64,000 bases of DNA from Schizochytrium sp. TIO01 (Eukaryota > Protista > Bigyra: Labyrinthulomycetes), in assembly GCA_004764695.1 (NCBI GenBank), contig SMSO01000035.1, positions 3,980,040 through 4,044,039 of the forward strand. Reading direction: 5' to 3'. Shown here piece after piece: positions 62,152 to 64,000 of the stretch. Both the position numbers and the translations under genes were made by a program. The notes under the pieces are model-generated. The model searched no databases, had not been told where the DNA came from, and saw only the letters and a list, made by a program, of their open reading frames with translations. Position 1 is the stretch's first letter. Each line of letters opens with the position of its first letter.

Positions 62152-62484
62152 CTAGCTAGTCTTGAAGCAAGTAATATAACTCTTGCGGAAATAAAAATGC
62201 CAATATGTTTTGGAGGCACAAGTGAACTGTGAGGAATAGCTTTGACCTACGATCACCATCCAGTTTGGTCCGTAGTGATAATCCAGCAGCTCCTTGAGAT
62301 ACTTGGAAAGCAAGCTAGCCTCCTTTTCCTCCTTAGACCTGTCTGTGGATTTCTCAAACATGTCGAACGCCTGCTTGCACAGCTGAACGACCTTGTCCCT
62401 CTGATTTGCGTCCATGTCTGAGTGCGGCTGTTCACTCAGCTGCTTCAAGCTCACGTCCTCGAGCCTGTTCATGCTTGACGTCAT
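62152..62484 (-). CDS. Dynein light chain type 1 (LC8-family) protein
   Basis: SDM…KYLKELLDYHYGPNWMVIVGQSYSSQFT…HFYF…CFKTS matches the LC8 signature (KxxFDxxYGPxWHCIVGxxFGS…LFKS). Confidence 0.85.
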   Translation of the reverse strand: MTSSMNRLEDVSLKQLSEQPHSDMDANQRDKVVQLCKQAFDMFEKSTDRSKEEKEASLLSKYLKELLDYHYGPNWMVIVGQSYSSQFTCASKTYWHFYFRKSYITCFKTS

Positions 62485-63297
62485 CCTCCTCAAACAGTCA
62501 AACTGCCGATCTCGGCCACGAGTATATCTTCTTTGCTGCCTAAGAGTCTCTGAGAAGGTGGCGCGCAGCCCAGAAGTTCTGCTGTCTTGCTGCTCCCACT
62601 TGTCTTCAACCTCAATCTCACTTGCAGCGCGACCAACTCATCTCAACGCTCAGTTCTTTTTCCTCAAGAGATGATCATACCTTTACCTCTATAGTTTACC
62701 ATATGGCGCCCCTAGCGTTGGTTCTTGCTGTTATTTGTGGGACACTTGCCCGTTTCACTTCCCAGTCTGGTAGTGTGTGCACCATTTGAGGCGTTTCAAG
62801 GTAGACATACGTACCTCAAAAGGTTCATGAAGGCTCAAAGTGCGGAGAGAAGCAGGGCTTACGGCAGGGCAGTGATTGTGCGAATGCTAGCGAAATGCGA
62901 AACGGTTGGTCAGAGTATTAGCGGTTTATGACACGTTTTAGTTGGGGATGTTTTTCTATTTTGCTCATGGTTAACTAATGGCTTGGTAGCATGTCTTGCT
63001 GTCTGCTCACATGTTGTTGGGCAAGTACTATAGGCTCATGTTCATAGATAGACTCCTGTATTAGTAAGCAGAAGGTTTGCAAGGCTGCTTGATAGTTGTC
63101 AATCAAAGGGAGTGCAGTGCACGACTAGTTTCTCGCGATAAAGTGGCGATCCTCGTTCGCGAGGATTTCGGAACTCGGACGCACCAGTTCGCTGCCGACT
63201 GAGCTGTGCAGGTTACGATAAGTGCGCATCAGCATAGTGAGCAGGCCAAAACCTTGCCTGGATCAGGACCGACGCTAAGGCTTTGTTCTAGAGAGCA

Positions 63298-64000
63298 ATG
63301 GAGCAGGTTGACTTGCTGGGCGCTGGTGTACAGCTGTGGAATAAGAATGTCTTGGCTTGCCGTAGTTCTGGGCCATGTGCACCTGCTCCAGCATCTGCTG
63401 GACTATCGTCAAGAAACTCAAAAAGCCCAGGATCACCATTTAGTAAACCAGGAGAGTCTGGTTCAGGGTCAAACACCCAAGCAGACTCAGAGGAAGATGA
63501 CATTCTTGTGGCGTACTGCAGTTCACTTGCCGTTTTCGTGTATGATGTACGTGCACGAAACGTTCGAGCACTCCTCGCAGGATACGAGGGAATGATATCA
63601 ACGCTAGCGTGGAGCTTGTATGACATGAGTCTCCTCGCGACAGGTTCGGAAGACGGACGAATGGTAATTTGGGATGTTTTTACAGAGCAACGTGTGGCAG
63701 CGGTCACAGTTCGCCAGGCTCCGGTCTGCATGGGCTGGTTTCCAGTTCACAATAAAGCACATGCCAAAAGTATGACAATGGGAGAACGCATGATTGCTGT
63801 TGCGACAGTTCGTGGTAGTGTCATACTATGGGATGCTCTTAAATCGACACATCGAATGCTTGTGCAAAGGGATGTACCAAAAAAATCAGTCACCACAGAT
63901 GAAGTTCGGAAATGGAAAGACAAACACCGGCCTACGGTCTTGAGGTGTAATACGCACCCAGTGTCTGGTGAAATTGCTATTGGCTATAAAGATGGTCATA
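63298..64000 (+). CDS. WDR17: WD40-repeat protein WDR17-like, 5' part (runs off window)
   Basis: Not in the supplied ORF track (no stop in window). MEQVDLLGAGVQLWNKNVLAC…AYCSSLAVFVY…ISTLAWS…LLATGSEDGRMVIWDV parallels the WDR17 N-terminus (QVGLLAAGCQPWNKDV…AYCATLAIYIY). Confidence 0.8.
   Translation, partial: MEQVDLLGAGVQLWNKNVLACRSSGPCAPAPASAGLSSRNSKSPGSPFSKPGESGSGSNTQADSEEDDILVAYCSSLAVFVYDVRARNVRALLAGYEGMISTLAWSLYDMSLLATGSEDGRMVIWDVFTEQRVAAVTVRQAPVCMGWFPVHNKAHAKSMTMGERMIAVATVRGSVILWDALKSTHRMLVQRDVPKKSVTTDEVRKWKDKHRPTVLRCNTHPVSGEIAIGYKDGH

Noticed and set aside
1-64000. CRISPR arrays, tRNA/rRNA genes, viral hallmark genes (capsid, polB, terminase, integrase)
   Set aside because: No repeat-spacer array, cloverleaf, rRNA-like sequence or hallmark motif was recognised by eye. 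A covariance-model or HMM search was not possible.

Overview
Eukaryotic, intron-poor, gene-dense DNA, most consistent with a stramenopile protist of the thraustochytrid/labyrinthulomycete type. That assignment is inferred from the huge single-exon genes, a 9-TM cadherin and a Crinkler-type domain. The right 45 kb is housekeeping sequence: a giant cadherin/IPT/9-TM protein, an LRR protein, ALG2, an ARM protein with one GT-AG intron, COMMD10, VPS8, APC1, a dynein light chain and the start of WDR17. The left 18 kb is accessory. (i) At 557-2629 is a fully delimited DNA transposon (20-bp TIRs, exact 8-bp TSD CTTCAATA) carrying a Cys4 transposase-N-terminal fragment and a Ulp1/SUMO-protease domain but no catalytic core. 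Two decayed relatives and a 625-bp (TAG/TAA)n array lie at 5.2-7.55 kb. (ii) After a GT13 GlcNAc-transferase there is a ~6.2-kb island (11.57-17.7 kb) of compact orphan-like genes: a small basic peptide, a small membrane protein, a membrane-anchored M11-like zinc metalloprotease, a Crinkler-type HNH nuclease bracketed by a 13-bp inverted repeat, and a Myb/SANT-like protein. Most island genes are broken by single-base losses in homopolymers, whereas the 4-14 kb core ORFs are intact. All family assignments come from motif recognition by eye, not database searches.
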